A stretch of 62,685 bases of DNA, the filler included, from Deltaproteobacteria bacterium (GTDB taxonomy: Bacteria > JAEEML01), in assembly GCA_016283195.1 (NCBI GenBank). It is 6 parts of 6 records of this genome, joined end to end, with 100 filler letters (N's around TTAATTAATTAA, not from the genome) between each part and the next. Parts side by side here need not be neighbours in the genome. Positions count along the whole stretch, not along the records: positions 39,092 to 56,230 come from JAEEML010000032.1; 5 more parts are not named here. The stretch is one strand, 5' to 3'. Below, in pieces: positions 40,518-51,900 of this stretch (its first letter is position 1; each line of letters starts with the position of its first letter). The position numbers and the translations under genes are program-made. A model generated the notes under the pieces. That model was not told the DNA's origin, did no database searches, and saw nothing but the letters and a program-made list of their open reading frames with translations.

Positions 40518-42416
40518 ATGAAACGTTTAGCCCTAGTACTGATCTTTTGTCTGGCATCTACTACAACAGTTAGAGCCCAAGAAGCCACCACGGAACCGCA
40601 ACAAAACACCGATTCCGCCACAGAAGCTACCAATGCAGCAGCACCGGAAGCTCCGGCCCCGGTAGCACTGGCCGCACCAACCCCGGAAAGCGCTGCTGCC
40701 CAAGAGGAGCCAAAAATTTCGCTCTCCAAAGGCGAACTGGAAGCCCTGGTGCAACAAATGGTGGCCGCGGAACTCGCTAAGCGGCCAGAAGCCGAAAAGG
40801 CTGCTAAAGAGCCAGCTGCTGTCAGCCCGGAATTGGCCAAAGCCGATAGCCAAAGCGATGTGGCCCCGGAACACAAAGCCATAAACGACACCCGCGACGA
40901 CATGGTAGGCCTCATTTTGCCGGAAATAAGCAAAACCGGCATCACCTTTGTCATGGGTGACGACAACCTCCGTGATAACAGCCAATATTCGGTGGCCTGG
41001 GATATCGGCCAGCGCCCGGAATATGAAGATTTTTTTGAGAGAATCTATGGTTACTCCAACACCACCTCGGCATCCACCCGCCTCTCCGTTTATCACGAAG
41101 AGGTTTCGCCGTTTAACCCGCATCTCTCGGCCCGCATGGCACTAAATTTTAAAATGGTAAATAAAATGGACAACATAGATGACAGTCTCTCCACCGCCAT
41201 CTATGAAGACCAGTCCTATATCGACTTACAATACAAAAAGCCCGGCTCCCATTTGGTAAAACTCACCCTCTATCCCTATAACGCCGATTCTATTGCCATC
41301 GGTTATATGCGTGGCCTGCGTTGGGGTAGCCGCGATGCCTATCCGCAAATCAGCCGCAGCACTGCCGTCCCCGGCTTCCAGCTCCTCTATGGCTATAACA
41401 ATATAGTAAACGCCTATGTGGCTTTAAAGACCCATGCTCAAGAAATTAAAGATAAATTAAATACCGAATTTGTCCCTAAAGAAACCACGGTGAGCCTCTT
41501 TGCCGGTGTCTCCATGAAGCTCAAAAACGGCCTCTCCGGCCACTTGCAATTTGCCTTTATCGATAAGGGCGAAAACGCCAAAATCGATGATTCCCTGTTG
41601 GGCGAGCGCGACAAAGACGACCAAATTTATTCCTATGGCGTTGATGCTTTCGTGCAATATGAATACGGCTCTGCCATCGGCGACCCGCTGGGCATTAATG
41701 CCTATACCAACCGGCAATGGATTTCCCCAGATTACACCAGCAACATGGCTTTTAGAGCCCGCTTGGAGTACATCTTTGCCATTCAGCGTCTGATGAATGC
41801 CGATTATCTAAAAGATGTTACACCCATCACCGCCCTCTACCCGGCTCACGGCCTTGGCGGCGAAGTGGCCTTCCGCTATAGCAATTTCCGCCTCTTTGGC
41901 CTCGCTTCCATGCGCACCCTCTCCTTTCTCACCTTTGATTCTCCCGGTGTGAATCCCTTTGAAACCATGGCTTCCGACTCCACCAACCGCCCGGAAACCA
42001 CCCTTTCACTCCACGCCGATTACAAGGTCAAAATGTTCTGGTTTGGCCTTGGTCTTGCTTACAAAATCCCGGCTACTTACACCATCAAAGACGCCAGCGG
42101 CCAGGAAATTGTCACCGTGGTTAAAGACCGCATCACTTCCGACACCATCTCCTACGCCTTTGACCGCACTCGCGAAGTTCTGCCGGCCGGCCAAAAAGCC
42201 AAAAATATGTGGCTCATAAAAGCCGATATTAAAGCCCAGATTACCAAATCGGTAAGCGCCGGTATTGAATACTCCTTCACCCGCGATCCAAATAGAGCCA
42301 AACTGGTTGAGAAGGTGGTCAACGGTGTGGGCACCGGCCTCTTTGTCTCCGATTGGGACAACGAAAAAGTGCAAAACGCACACTCCCTGGTGCTCACTGT
42401 CGATGGCCGTTTCTAA
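40518..42416 (+). CDS. Putative outer-membrane beta-barrel protein
   Basis: Signal peptide (VRA-QE), Ala/Pro-rich linker, many alternating amphipathic strands, C-terminal HSLVLTVDGRF beta-signal. GGAGG before 40518. Confidence 0.7.
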   Translation: MKRLALVLIFCLASTTTVRAQEATTEPQQNTDSATEATNAAAPEAPAPVALAAPTPESAAAQEEPKISLSKGELEALVQQMVAAELAKRPEAEKAAKEPAAVSPELAKADSQSDVAPEHKAINDTRDDMVGLILPEISKTGITFVMGDDNLRDNSQYSVAWDIGQRPEYEDFFERIYGYSNTTSASTRLSVYHEEVSPFNPHLSARMALNFKMVNKMDNIDDSLSTAIYEDQSYIDLQYKKPGSHLVKLTLYPYNADSIAIGYMRGLRWGSRDAYPQISRSTAVPGFQLLYGYNNIVNAYVALKTHAQEIKDKLNTEFVPKETTVSLFAGVSMKLKNGLSGHLQFAFIDKGENAKIDDSLLGERDKDDQIYSYGVDAFVQYEYGSAIGDPLGINAYTNRQWISPDYTSNMAFRARLEYIFAIQRLMNADYLKDVTPITALYPAHGLGGEVAFRYSNFRLFGLASMRTLSFLTFDSPGVNPFETMASDSTNRPETTLSLHADYKVKMFWFGLGLAYKIPATYTIKDASGQEIVTVVKDRITSDTISYAFDRTREVLPAGQKAKNMWLIKADIKAQITKSVSAGIEYSFTRDPNRAKLVEKVVNGVGTGLFVSDWDNEKVQNAHSLVLTVDGRF

Positions 42417-42598
42417 GCTCACCGGCTAACCGATTCTCCCATTTTTCCCTCACACTCTGACCACCAAGTCCATTTTTGCCGCCAAGCGCCAAGCTAAAAA
42501 AGCGCACCGCAAAAAGTGTGGCTTATGCCTGCCAATCTGTGTTAGAAGCCTTGGGGCTCAGAACCACGAGATGGCCCTATGGTGAGAGGTGCGGGAAA

Positions 42599-43171
42599 GT
42601 GCCGGATAAAATTCCATATTATCTTAAATTTATTGTGCTTTTGCTGGTAATAGCCGCTGCTTCCTTTATTACAGGCACAAGGCGAGCACAAAAAGCAGAA
42701 ATATCTATTCTCATCGGCGAGCGCATTTTAGCTCCAGAGCCCATCACCGCCCCTTTAAGCTTAGGCACAATATATGATGAATCCGGCAATGTATGGCAAC
42801 CAGCCTGGCCGGCCGATAAACCGATATTATTACACTTTTGGGCCAGCTGGTGCCCGACCTGCCGGCGCGAATTAAGGGATTTAAGCGCCCTGGCCTCCAT
42901 TATGCAAAATGAATTACAGGTAATAACCGTGAGCGTAGATAGCAATCCCATGGCGCTTATGGCCTTTTTGCAGGAAGATCCGCAAGTGCTGCCGGTTCTG
43001 CGCGACCCGGACGGAAGTTATGCCAAAATTTCCGCAGAAAATGGCTTGCCAGTCACCTATCTGCTGGATATTAACGGCAATTTGTGTTACCGCTTTAACG
43101 GAGCCAAAGCCTGGACGGCCCCCCATGCCGTGGCCAGGCTGGAAGAGATGCTCCATAAGGATAAGCCATGA
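42599..43171 (+). CDS. TlpA/ResA-family thiol-disulfide oxidoreductase
   Basis: N-terminal TM; LLHFWASWCPTCRREL, VITVSVD, LRDPDG and cis-Pro GLPVTYLLD motifs. Start uncertain. Confidence 0.88.
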   Translation: MPDKIPYYLKFIVLLLVIAAASFITGTRRAQKAEISILIGERILAPEPITAPLSLGTIYDESGNVWQPAWPADKPILLHFWASWCPTCRRELRDLSALASIMQNELQVITVSVDSNPMALMAFLQEDPQVLPVLRDPDGSYAKISAENGLPVTYLLDINGNLCYRFNGAKAWTAPHAVARLEEMLHKDKP

Positions 43172-44199
43172 ATAATTATGCATTAAAAGCTCAGAAATAC
43201 CTGGTAGATGCTCTTTTAAGCGGCCAGAATATTCTCCTTACCGGCCAGTTTGCCCCCTGCTGGCAGTGGGCGGTAGCCGCCTTAAAATATCACCATGCCG
43301 CCGTGCGCGCCCCGGCCGAAAAGCTGCCCGAGCGCTGGCGCCAGGTTACTGTAAACAATGTTGTCGAAATAGCTAAAGAGCGCCTTTTTATTGACTTTTC
43401 TGCCGATTTTGCCAGCATCCCCACCATCGCTACCGCCACTGCCGGGGCGCTTTTGTGGCTGCCGGCCGCCACCATCAGCCAGGCGCTCATCCGCTATGAG
43501 CTATTTTCCGGCGCAGAAAACTCCATGATGCTGGTGCCGGCCGGCTTAAGTGCTGTAGCCATAGTCAAAAATGATGGCCGCGCCCCATATATAGCCGAGG
43601 TGGACACCATTAATCTGGCCGATACTGTCTATAAGCCCTGCCCGCTCCTCTTTGATAGCCCGCTAGAGCCGGAAGCTCCCCCAAAACGGGCGGCGGCGGC
43701 CCCGCTTATTACCGAGCCGGCGGCGCCTACTCCGCTAAACACTCAGGCGGCGGCCATAGCCGAAACACTGGCCGAGTTTGAAGAACTGGCCGCTGATGAA
43801 TTGCCGGAAGAAGATGAGGATTTTGCCGGCGATGACGATTTGACGGAAGAGGAAGGCAACTTTGACCCCGGCTGGGAGCTCGATATGCTCATGGCGAGCG
43901 GCGCTGTGGCTCCCAGCCAGAGCATAGAAAGCGCAGATGCTAGCGATATGGCCGCCTCTTACCGCCTGGGGCCGCCGCCCAAGCCGCTTTCAATGATTGA
44001 TGCCGAGCGCGCCGCCAAACCGGGCAATGTCGTGTTGCCGCCGCCGCCCGTGACCCCGGCCACTGAGGCAGTGAAAGACTCTTTTGAGCGCCAATTTGGG
44101 CCCGGTGCCAATAGCGGCCAGACTAGTACCGCCAACCCAAGAGCCAACCTGCCACGCTCTTTTCAAGCTGTCTTAGCTGAGCGTCAAAAACGCCGCTAA
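43168..44199 (+). CDS. Hypothetical protein with acidic and Pro-rich disordered C-terminal half
   Basis: 343-aa ORF with a 4-nt overlap (ATGA) with the tlpA-like gene. No family recognised. Confidence 0.6.
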   Translation: MNNYALKAQKYLVDALLSGQNILLTGQFAPCWQWAVAALKYHHAAVRAPAEKLPERWRQVTVNNVVEIAKERLFIDFSADFASIPTIATATAGALLWLPAATISQALIRYELFSGAENSMMLVPAGLSAVAIVKNDGRAPYIAEVDTINLADTVYKPCPLLFDSPLEPEAPPKRAAAAPLITEPAAPTPLNTQAAAIAETLAEFEELAADELPEEDEDFAGDDDLTEEEGNFDPGWELDMLMASGAVAPSQSIESADASDMAASYRLGPPPKPLSMIDAERAAKPGNVVLPPPPVTPATEAVKDSFERQFGPGANSGQTSTANPRANLPRSFQAVLAERQKRR

Positions 44200-44224
44200 A
44201 ATACATTAAACGAGGTCTAAAAAT

Positions 44225-45736
44225 ATGGAACAAACTAAGGAAAACACTACCGAAGAATCGGTAGTCGCCAAAATATTTAATGAAGTCTGCGAGCCCTTTA
44301 TTAACCTGATCGATGCGCCCCGCGCCCTCTGGGGCGTCAACCTGGCCTACTTTTTGGAGGGGCTCGCCTATTTTGGTATTTTAGGCTATCTCGCCATGTT
44401 CTTTAATGAATTTATTGGCCTTTCCGAAACAGAAGCCAGCCCGATGCTGGGTTTTCTCACCGGCGGCATCACCCTATCTATGTTTTTCTTTGGCAGCCTG
44501 ACCGACCGCTTTGGCGTGCGGCGCACCATGCTGGTCTCGCTGGCTCTCCTATTTATCGGCCGGGCCATACTAGCCTTTTCCGGTTATATGGGCTCTATTT
44601 TCGGGGCCGATTTTCTCGGTCTTTGGCAGAGTGCCCACTGGACTTCCATCGGCGGCATTATATTTGTCATTTTGGGCTATGGTATGTTCATGCCGGCCTC
44701 TTATGCCGCCGTTAAAGAGTTCACCAGCGAGAAAAATGCCGCCATGGGCTACGCCATGCTCTATGCTCTCTCCAACCTGGGCGGCTGGCTGCCCACCTTC
44801 TTTCCACCGCTCAGGAAAGTCATCGGCATGAATGGCGTCATCGCCTTTTTGGCCGGCGTCACTCTTTTAGCTTTTTTCCTCACCTCTTTTATCCTTTCAC
44901 CAAAGACAGTAAAAGAAGCCAAAGCTCAGGCCGAAAAAGAGCGCGAAGCCGAAAAAGCCGCTACTGCTAAAGATGGCACCGCCGGCCAGGAAGAAAATAA
45001 AGAAGAAGAGGTTTCTGCGAAAATCGATTGGAATGCCGAATATGTTACCATATTCAGCCATAATGTCTCCATTCGGTTTCTTCCTTTACGGATTAGAATG
45101 CTAATTATATGGTTCGTAAATCACCCGCTGGCCGACTGGCGCTTTTCCTTCTTTATCTTTTGCCTCATCCCCGTGCAAACGCTCTTTGCCCACAACTGGC
45201 TCACCCTGCCGCAATATGTGGAGCGGGCTTTCCATGGTGGCGTAGTGGGCGAGAATTTTGAAGTGGCGGTTAATTTTAATCCGCTCTTAATCTTTATTTT
45301 GGTGCCGATTATTGCCGCCCTCACCCAAAAGGCCAATGTCTATCGCATAATGGTTATCGGCACTGCTGTCATGGCCGCGCCCACCTTTATTTTGGCTCTC
45401 GGCCCAACGGTGCCCCATTTGGTGCTTTATTTGGTACTAATGACCATCGGCGAAGCTCTCTGGCAACCGCGCTTTTTGCAACTGGCGGCCGAAATGGCGC
45501 CCAAGGGACGCACCGGCGCCTATATGGGCGTGGCCCAATTGCCCTGGTTTTTAACCAAGATCATAACTGCCCTTTATGCCGGCTATTTTCTCAAAGAATA
45601 TTGCCCCAAAGAAGGCGAGCTACACACCGAAACCATGTGGTTAATCTATGGCTTTATCGCCATCTCTTCAACGGTCATGCTCATTTTGGCAAAGCCCTTT
45701 TTAGCCAAAAAACTGGCCAAAAAAGCGGCTAATTAA
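44225..45736 (+). CDS. MFS transporter (peptide/POT-like)
   Basis: About 12 TM helices; FLEGLAYFG, GSLTDRFGVRR (motif A), MTIGEALWQPR and APKGRTGAYMG. Confidence 0.85.
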   Translation: MEQTKENTTEESVVAKIFNEVCEPFINLIDAPRALWGVNLAYFLEGLAYFGILGYLAMFFNEFIGLSETEASPMLGFLTGGITLSMFFFGSLTDRFGVRRTMLVSLALLFIGRAILAFSGYMGSIFGADFLGLWQSAHWTSIGGIIFVILGYGMFMPASYAAVKEFTSEKNAAMGYAMLYALSNLGGWLPTFFPPLRKVIGMNGVIAFLAGVTLLAFFLTSFILSPKTVKEAKAQAEKEREAEKAATAKDGTAGQEENKEEEVSAKIDWNAEYVTIFSHNVSIRFLPLRIRMLIIWFVNHPLADWRFSFFIFCLIPVQTLFAHNWLTLPQYVERAFHGGVVGENFEVAVNFNPLLIFILVPIIAALTQKANVYRIMVIGTAVMAAPTFILALGPTVPHLVLYLVLMTIGEALWQPRFLQLAAEMAPKGRTGAYMGVAQLPWFLTKIITALYAGYFLKEYCPKEGELHTETMWLIYGFIAISSTVMLILAKPFLAKKLAKKAAN

Positions 45737-45804
45737 GGGTCTTAGAAATCCGCTACTTGTGGGGTGATGAAAAATGAAAATGGTGAGGCTGGCAGTAGCG
45801 GCGC

Positions 45805-47385
45805 TTACACCACCGCTTCAAAAATTCTCTTGCCGCCTATTTCGAGGCACTTTGTCCCCGGCTCTTTGTTTTTGTTAAAGCAAAAACTCACCAGGTAGCC
45901 CTTTGCGGCGTGGAAATAGTCTAAATAGCCGGCAATCTGTTCCTCGCCGCGCTCATTGTAACTAGATCCGCGCCAAATTTTGAGTTCAATGATGTATTGG
46001 TGGCCGAGATAGTCGATGATAACATCGGTGCGTGTTTCGTCGCGCGTTTCGGCTTCAATATAATAATTGCCGACGCCGTTAATAATGGGCTTTAGATAGA
46101 GCAAAAAGAGTTTGCGGCCCATTTTTTCAACAAAAGCATCATCATTATGGCCATAAATATCATTAAAATGCACGGCAAAACGGCTGAGGAGATGCTCCAT
46201 ATCAATTTGGCCATCTTTGATAAACTGGTTTTTGTCAATGGAACCCAATGAAAAAATTTCGTCCATCTGATCTCTAGCCAGAAAATAGTTATAAAGCCAT
46301 GTTTCAAACAGGCGATTGGCCACAGCCAGTTTGCCGTTATTGTTCTTGATAAATCCGAACATAGTGGCCATATCCATCGTGCACTCGCTGACATTATAAT
46401 AGAGCTTTTTGCCCTGATATAATGCGCTATATAACATTTGATATAGTTCAGGAAAATCATCTAATTTCTTTGTAAAATCATCAAATAAAGTATTCTTTTC
46501 ACTTAATAAGAGCCGCACCGCCTCCAAAAAGCCCTCTTTATCCCAGAAGAGCTTCTTTTCATCCAAAATCTGGCAGAGCCGCGAGACCAAAAAGGGATAT
46601 CCGGAAGTATAGGCAAAAATAAGTGCGCCCATCTCGTCCGGGTTTAAACATTCCACTTCGGGAATTTCTGGGTGATCAGCTTTATATTCGGCCAGCATAG
46701 CGGCGATACCAGCAGCCGGAAGGGCCAAATCGACATCAAAACGGGCGGCGATATTCCAGGGGCTGTTATATTGGTGCTCCGCTTCGGAGCGCATTTTCAG
46801 CTTAAGATTCTTTATATCGTAAACTCCGGCCAAAATGACGGATTGGAAGGTAGGACGTGTGACCCGGCTGAGAAATCTTTCTCTCAGAAGGCCAAGAAAT
46901 TTGATAAAAACCGGAAAATTACCGGCCTGATCCACTTCGTCGATAATAAGAACGATGGGCTTTTCGGAAAACTTATTTATTTTGGAAATAAGGACAGAAA
47001 GCCTATCGGCAATAAGTTCTCCCTGGGCGGAATTCAGGCTCTCTTGTATGATCTCATGTGTGCTGGGAGATAGATTGTCCACTTCCTTAAAATCAATGCA
47101 GTCAGCGAGAAGCTGGATAAAACTATATCCAAGGCGTTCTAAGCTTTCAAAGGCACTGTCAGGAAGCCCTTCAAAGCTGATGGAGAAGACGCAATAATCG
47201 GCATCGAGTCTCTTCTTGAGCTGATATAGCGTTGTTGTTTTGCCATACTGCCGCCCGGCGTTAATACAAAAATAATCGCCGCGCTCCACCATCCCCGCGA
47301 TGATTTCTACTCGCTCGCTGATGTCCACCATGTAATGCTTATCGGGATAACAGGTGCCGGTAATATTAAAGCGTTTTTTGTGCAT
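45805..47385 (-). CDS. AAA-like ATPase + C-terminal PD-(D/E)XK nuclease-like protein (second family)
   Basis: FNITGTC-x-P-x-x-HYMVD, RQYGKTTTL, IIDEVD, SPWNIA, YTSGYPFLVS and RTDVIID...IIELKIW motifs. Confidence 0.88.
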   Translation of the reverse strand: MHKKRFNITGTCYPDKHYMVDISERVEIIAGMVERGDYFCINAGRQYGKTTTLYQLKKRLDADYCVFSISFEGLPDSAFESLERLGYSFIQLLADCIDFKEVDNLSPSTHEIIQESLNSAQGELIADRLSVLISKINKFSEKPIVLIIDEVDQAGNFPVFIKFLGLLRERFLSRVTRPTFQSVILAGVYDIKNLKLKMRSEAEHQYNSPWNIAARFDVDLALPAAGIAAMLAEYKADHPEIPEVECLNPDEMGALIFAYTSGYPFLVSRLCQILDEKKLFWDKEGFLEAVRLLLSEKNTLFDDFTKKLDDFPELYQMLYSALYQGKKLYYNVSECTMDMATMFGFIKNNNGKLAVANRLFETWLYNYFLARDQMDEIFSLGSIDKNQFIKDGQIDMEHLLSRFAVHFNDIYGHNDDAFVEKMGRKLFLLYLKPIINGVGNYYIEAETRDETRTDVIIDYLGHQYIIELKIWRGSSYNERGEEQIAGYLDYFHAAKGYLVSFCFNKNKEPGTKCLEIGGKRIFEAVV

Positions 47386-47551
47386 GGCTATAAACCCTCA
47401 AAACGGCAACAAAACACGGCCCTACTCTAGCAAAACAGCTAAGAATGCGCAAACAACAAATACTGAAAACCATGCCGGAAAATGGAGGCGATGAAATACA
47501 ATAAATTTCACCAATTTTGGGGTAAGAAAAAAGTAAAAAGAGAAAAAGCGG

Positions 47552-47896
47552 CTAATTAAGGATTCTCATAGCGCCGGAAATAGCCAGGCACATCTCAGCT
47601 TCGGCATTGGCATCCACTTCGCCCTTGGCGCCCAAATAGAGCTGCGTGCCAATGGCTTTAAAGGGGCGCACGCGCAAATCTTCCGGCACTGCCCCGCCGC
47701 CGCCGTTACCGGCTATAGGCAGGTAGGCGGCCAGCTCTTCGCTCTCAAAATTTTTGCCGGTATCGGCGGCCACCAGATAGCCGTCATCATCGCCTATCAC
47801 CATGTGCTCCAGGCCGGCCCGCTTGGTACAGGCCATAAGCTGGTATTTAAGAGCTGTTTCTATATCATCACTGCGCATTTGCCTACGTTCTTCCAT
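47552..47896 (-). CDS. Small Roadblock/LC7-like hypothetical protein
   Basis: Helix-strand-DDDGYLVA-helix (EELAA) pattern typical of roadblock folds. GGAGG RBS before 47896. Confidence 0.5.
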   Translation of the reverse strand: MEERRQMRSDDIETALKYQLMACTKRAGLEHMVIGDDDGYLVAADTGKNFESEELAAYLPIAGNGGGGAVPEDLRVRPFKAIGTQLYLGAKGEVDANAEAEMCLAISGAMRILN

Positions 47897-48096
47897 GACT
47901 GTCCTCCCTCCGGAAAAAAGGCAAGATAAAATTATCTGCAAACAGAGTTCTTGGCAAATTTTTAACCATTAAAAATAGCGCCAGCTGCTTTACAGTTTTA
48001 ATTCTCCAGGCAAGGCAAAAAATTTTCATTTAGGTGCTTGTCTATTATATTAATAGCGTTCAGGATATAGGAGCTTTTTAGCTGCCGGAGGAAAAC

Positions 48097-48987
48097 ATGG
48101 CCGATTTAGAAAAACTACTGGACAGTATCAAGGAAGAAACTATTGAAACCCGCAACCAGATTATCAAAAGCACCAATCAGGTCACAAAACTGGATGCCGA
48201 TGTGCGCTCTTTTGATAAAAAACTCACTGCTATCCAAGGCAAAAATAAGCTTTTTCTGCTAGTGGGCTTTGGTATTTTGCTCTTAATTATCGCCGGCGCC
48301 GCTTACTGGGTAACGGTATCGCAAACCAAAGCGGCCGAGAAAGAATTGGCTGATGCCATTAAGGAAACCGAGAAGCTGAAAGGCGAGCTTTCAGCCAACC
48401 AAGATGAATTTGCCCGCTTTAAAGCCACCACTCAGCGCGAAAAATCCAGCCGCGAGGCGGCCGAGCAACTGGCAATGGATGTCTTAAAACTCATCGACAG
48501 CAAAAAAGATAACGAAGCCATTGCCAAGATAAGAGGAAACAATCTCTACGGGCAGCAAGCCATCTTAGGACCCATCGCCGCTACAGTAGTAGAAGAAAAA
48601 TTGGATCAATTCAAAAAAGATAAAAGCGAGGCTCTTTTAAAGAGCGGGCGCGAAGCTTTTAATCAAAAACAATTTAAAAAAGCCATTAATCACCTTGATG
48701 TAGCTTTAGCTCTGGCCACCACACCGGCCACCGCCGAAAATGCCCTTTACTTCCTAGCTGTCTCTTATGCCAACAATCAGGAAAACCAATTGGCCATTCA
48801 AAATATTGAAGATTTTGTGCGCCGTTTTCCCAAGAGCCCCATGGCCGATGATGCACTGTATCATTTGGGCAGCTTTTGCGAACAATGGAAAGACGAAGCC
48901 TGCGCCGCTAAAGCCTGGCAAAAACTTCTGGACAGCTATCCATCTTCGCCCATGGCCGCCATTGCCAAGAGAAAGCTAAATAAATAA
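48097..48987 (+). CDS. Membrane-anchored coiled-coil TPR protein (CpoB/YbgF-like C-terminus)
   Basis: Coiled coil, one TM, coiled coil, then TPRs: ALYFLAVSY, FVRRFPKSPMADDALYHLG, LLDSYPSSPMA. Confidence 0.75.
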   Translation: MADLEKLLDSIKEETIETRNQIIKSTNQVTKLDADVRSFDKKLTAIQGKNKLFLLVGFGILLLIIAGAAYWVTVSQTKAAEKELADAIKETEKLKGELSANQDEFARFKATTQREKSSREAAEQLAMDVLKLIDSKKDNEAIAKIRGNNLYGQQAILGPIAATVVEEKLDQFKKDKSEALLKSGREAFNQKQFKKAINHLDVALALATTPATAENALYFLAVSYANNQENQLAIQNIEDFVRRFPKSPMADDALYHLGSFCEQWKDEACAAKAWQKLLDSYPSSPMAAIAKRKLNK

Positions 48988-48993
48988 TTTTGC

Positions 48994-51900
48994 TTATAAA
49001 TTCTGGATTCTAAAGATCTGAAGCGGTTTTCCGGACCGCCCTAAGCTGATATAAAGATAGAAATAAGCGCCCTGTGGGAGAGAAACGGTGGAATAGAGCT
49101 CTGTATTGCTGGTATCGCCCAAACCGGCACTTTCCACTTGTTCAAAATCGCTTATAGCGCTGGGGTTCTTCACCCCCTCTTTGGTGCGCCATAAAGAGAC
49201 GCCGTTTAGATTATCATAACCCACATAGAGGCGCGACCCGTTGGCAATCAGCAGAGTTATTTTATTGTTGTTATCATCGCCCATATTGGACTTGCCACTA
49301 TTATCATATTCAGCCACCAGTTCCCAACCATCGGCATTGCACTCACCTTTGGCATCGGGCAGGCACTTCCAAAGTTGCGGCACTTCTTCACCATCCGGGC
49401 AGCTCTTATCATCTTTGCACTCATCCTGGGTACAACCGCGATTTTGGCGATTGGTAAGGCAGGCGTTCCGAATTAAATAAAGCGCATCGTTAAATTCGGT
49501 CATGGCCGGAACCGGCTGTTTAGCAGGAGTAAGATCGGAAAGAGAAGTTAAAACATCGGTGAAATAAGAGCGATATTTTTCATTATTAGTCGGAGTAATA
49601 TCCTGCCAATGACCACAGGAGTTACTGGCCGGAGCAGGGTCATCATTGGTAGAGCGGATAATTCCGCCTAGCTGTTCACACTGGCCGCTGACGTATGGCG
49701 AATTGATATTACAACTCGATTTATCGCTAACGGCACCGGAATTGGCCAAATAGAGCCGATTTTTAAAGGGGAAAACAGTAGCGCCGATATTATCGGCATG
49801 GTTGGGCACCGCGGCATTTGTTTTACAATCTTTACCATAATACCCAAAACCGCGCACATTAGTCAGCATGAGAAATTCGGCATCATTTCCCTTAATAGAT
49901 TCAGGATTTTTCGTATATATTTTAGCCACATACGGGCGGTAAGTTCTATTGCCGGGGGCCGCCCAGTAAATTCTCTCGTTAAATACTTTTATGCTCTCTG
50001 TACCGCGATTACCGGCCACATACCCACCGGCGCTAATGCTGTGGAAGGGGCGATACATATCCATATAGGTGTAATCAAGCTGGTTATCTTTATCGGTAGT
50101 AGCATAAATATAATAATTTTGGCCTTTGCTACGGCTGCCGGTAATGAAGAGATGTTCTTCGTTGTCAAATATACCTGAGGTAAAGAGGCCGCGCCCATCC
50201 TGATTATCCGGGCCGCAACCGCTGGCCGAATCGGCTTTGTTTTCTTGGCACCCCTTGCTGCCGATAGTAACATAAGGCGGCACAGCAATACCATCATCGC
50301 GAGAAGTAGCTGTATTGCGCGAAAGCCCTCTGCTGCCAAGAGAATCCGGAGTGTTGGCCGAGGCAATGGTATCTTTTTCTAAAGTAAAGGTAAGGCGCTC
50401 CGGCTGAGAACCGTCGGGATTAAAGCGCACAGCCGAATTACCGTATCTGTTGGGGCCGACATATATTTTGCCGTTATAAGTGGCCAGATGGCCAAAATCA
50501 CTGCCATCGTTAAAAGGATCAATACTTATGATAAGAGAATCCGGTGTGACAATGGGGCCTGGGCCGGTACCGCCGCTCTGTCCCACAAATGAAGCGCGGT
50601 CATAAGGCGAGCGCTGCATATTTTCCCGGTTTTCAAAATCCAAAATAGCACCAAAAACGCTATCATCAAAACCATCTCCATCACGGCCATTGGCCACGGT
50701 TACAGTATATTGGCCGGCCTCCTGAGCTATGGAATGTGTAATACAAACAGCGCTGTCATCCGCTTGGACGCCGCCGCAAATAGTACCATCAAGTAATTTG
50801 GCCTCGGTTACTAGGCCAAGCGAGCTGACTCCGGCCAGCATATAGCGCTTGCCACACTCCTCAGAAGAAGAACATACCGCACTGCCCGGCTCATTTTCTT
50901 CCGCCAATACTGGCTTGGAAAAAGTGAGCAAAATGTGGGTACTGTCGGCAGCCACAGCCGACATCACTTTGAGCGGCTCGCGGCCGAGAAAATCACCGTT
51001 ATTGGGGCAGGAGAGCTCTTGCGGCACAGTCGATAAATCGGTAATGACCGCACGATCAACCAAAACAGTATAGGCCTTCATATAGGTTTGGGTGTTTGAA
51101 AGCTCCAAAGTGTAGATGCGCCCGCTACCGGTAACACTCACAATATCAAAATCGCTCGTAGCTTTTGCTGCCTCAAAATTGGCATTATCAACGCAAGTAG
51201 TATTTATAGGACCATTGGCAATTTTGTAAGAAGCCACATTCAGTGCTTCGGCATTAACATCCTCACTAAAAGTAACACGCACTTTTTGGCTATTAAGCGA
51301 ACTGACGCCGGCAACTATAGGCGGCACGGAATCATAGCCGGAGAAGACACCGGTATTAGGACAGCTGAGTTTGTTACCTGCCAAATCTTTTACCGCATCG
51401 GTATCAACAATAAGAGTATAGTCACCCGGTGCGAGGCCGTCAGACAAGGTCAAAGTTATAATATTGGTAGCGGTTTTGGCAGCGCTAACAATTCTAAATT
51501 TAGTAGTAGCGAGCGAATCACTGAAATTATTGCCCGAGGCACAATCACCGCTAACATCTTGAGATATTTTGTAATTCTCTATATCAAGCGCTGCTTCGGC
51601 CATTTCTTCGGAATAGGTGATTCTAAGCTCTGTTGCAGAAATTAGCGCAACACTTTCTATCTGCGGTTTAACTGTATCTACCGAGCCGTGATTATCGCTA
51701 TTACCGTCGCTATCGGCATCGCTATTGCCATCATGACCGTGAGGTTTATCATCGGAATCGCCGTCATGGCCATGAGGTTTATCATCGGAATTGCCATCTT
51801 TACCATTGCCATTGGGGCCTACCGAATTACTGGGAGAAATAGTAATCATCAGCCTGGCTGTAACGCCCAAATAACCGGCAATAAGCACAATTTGCCCCGG

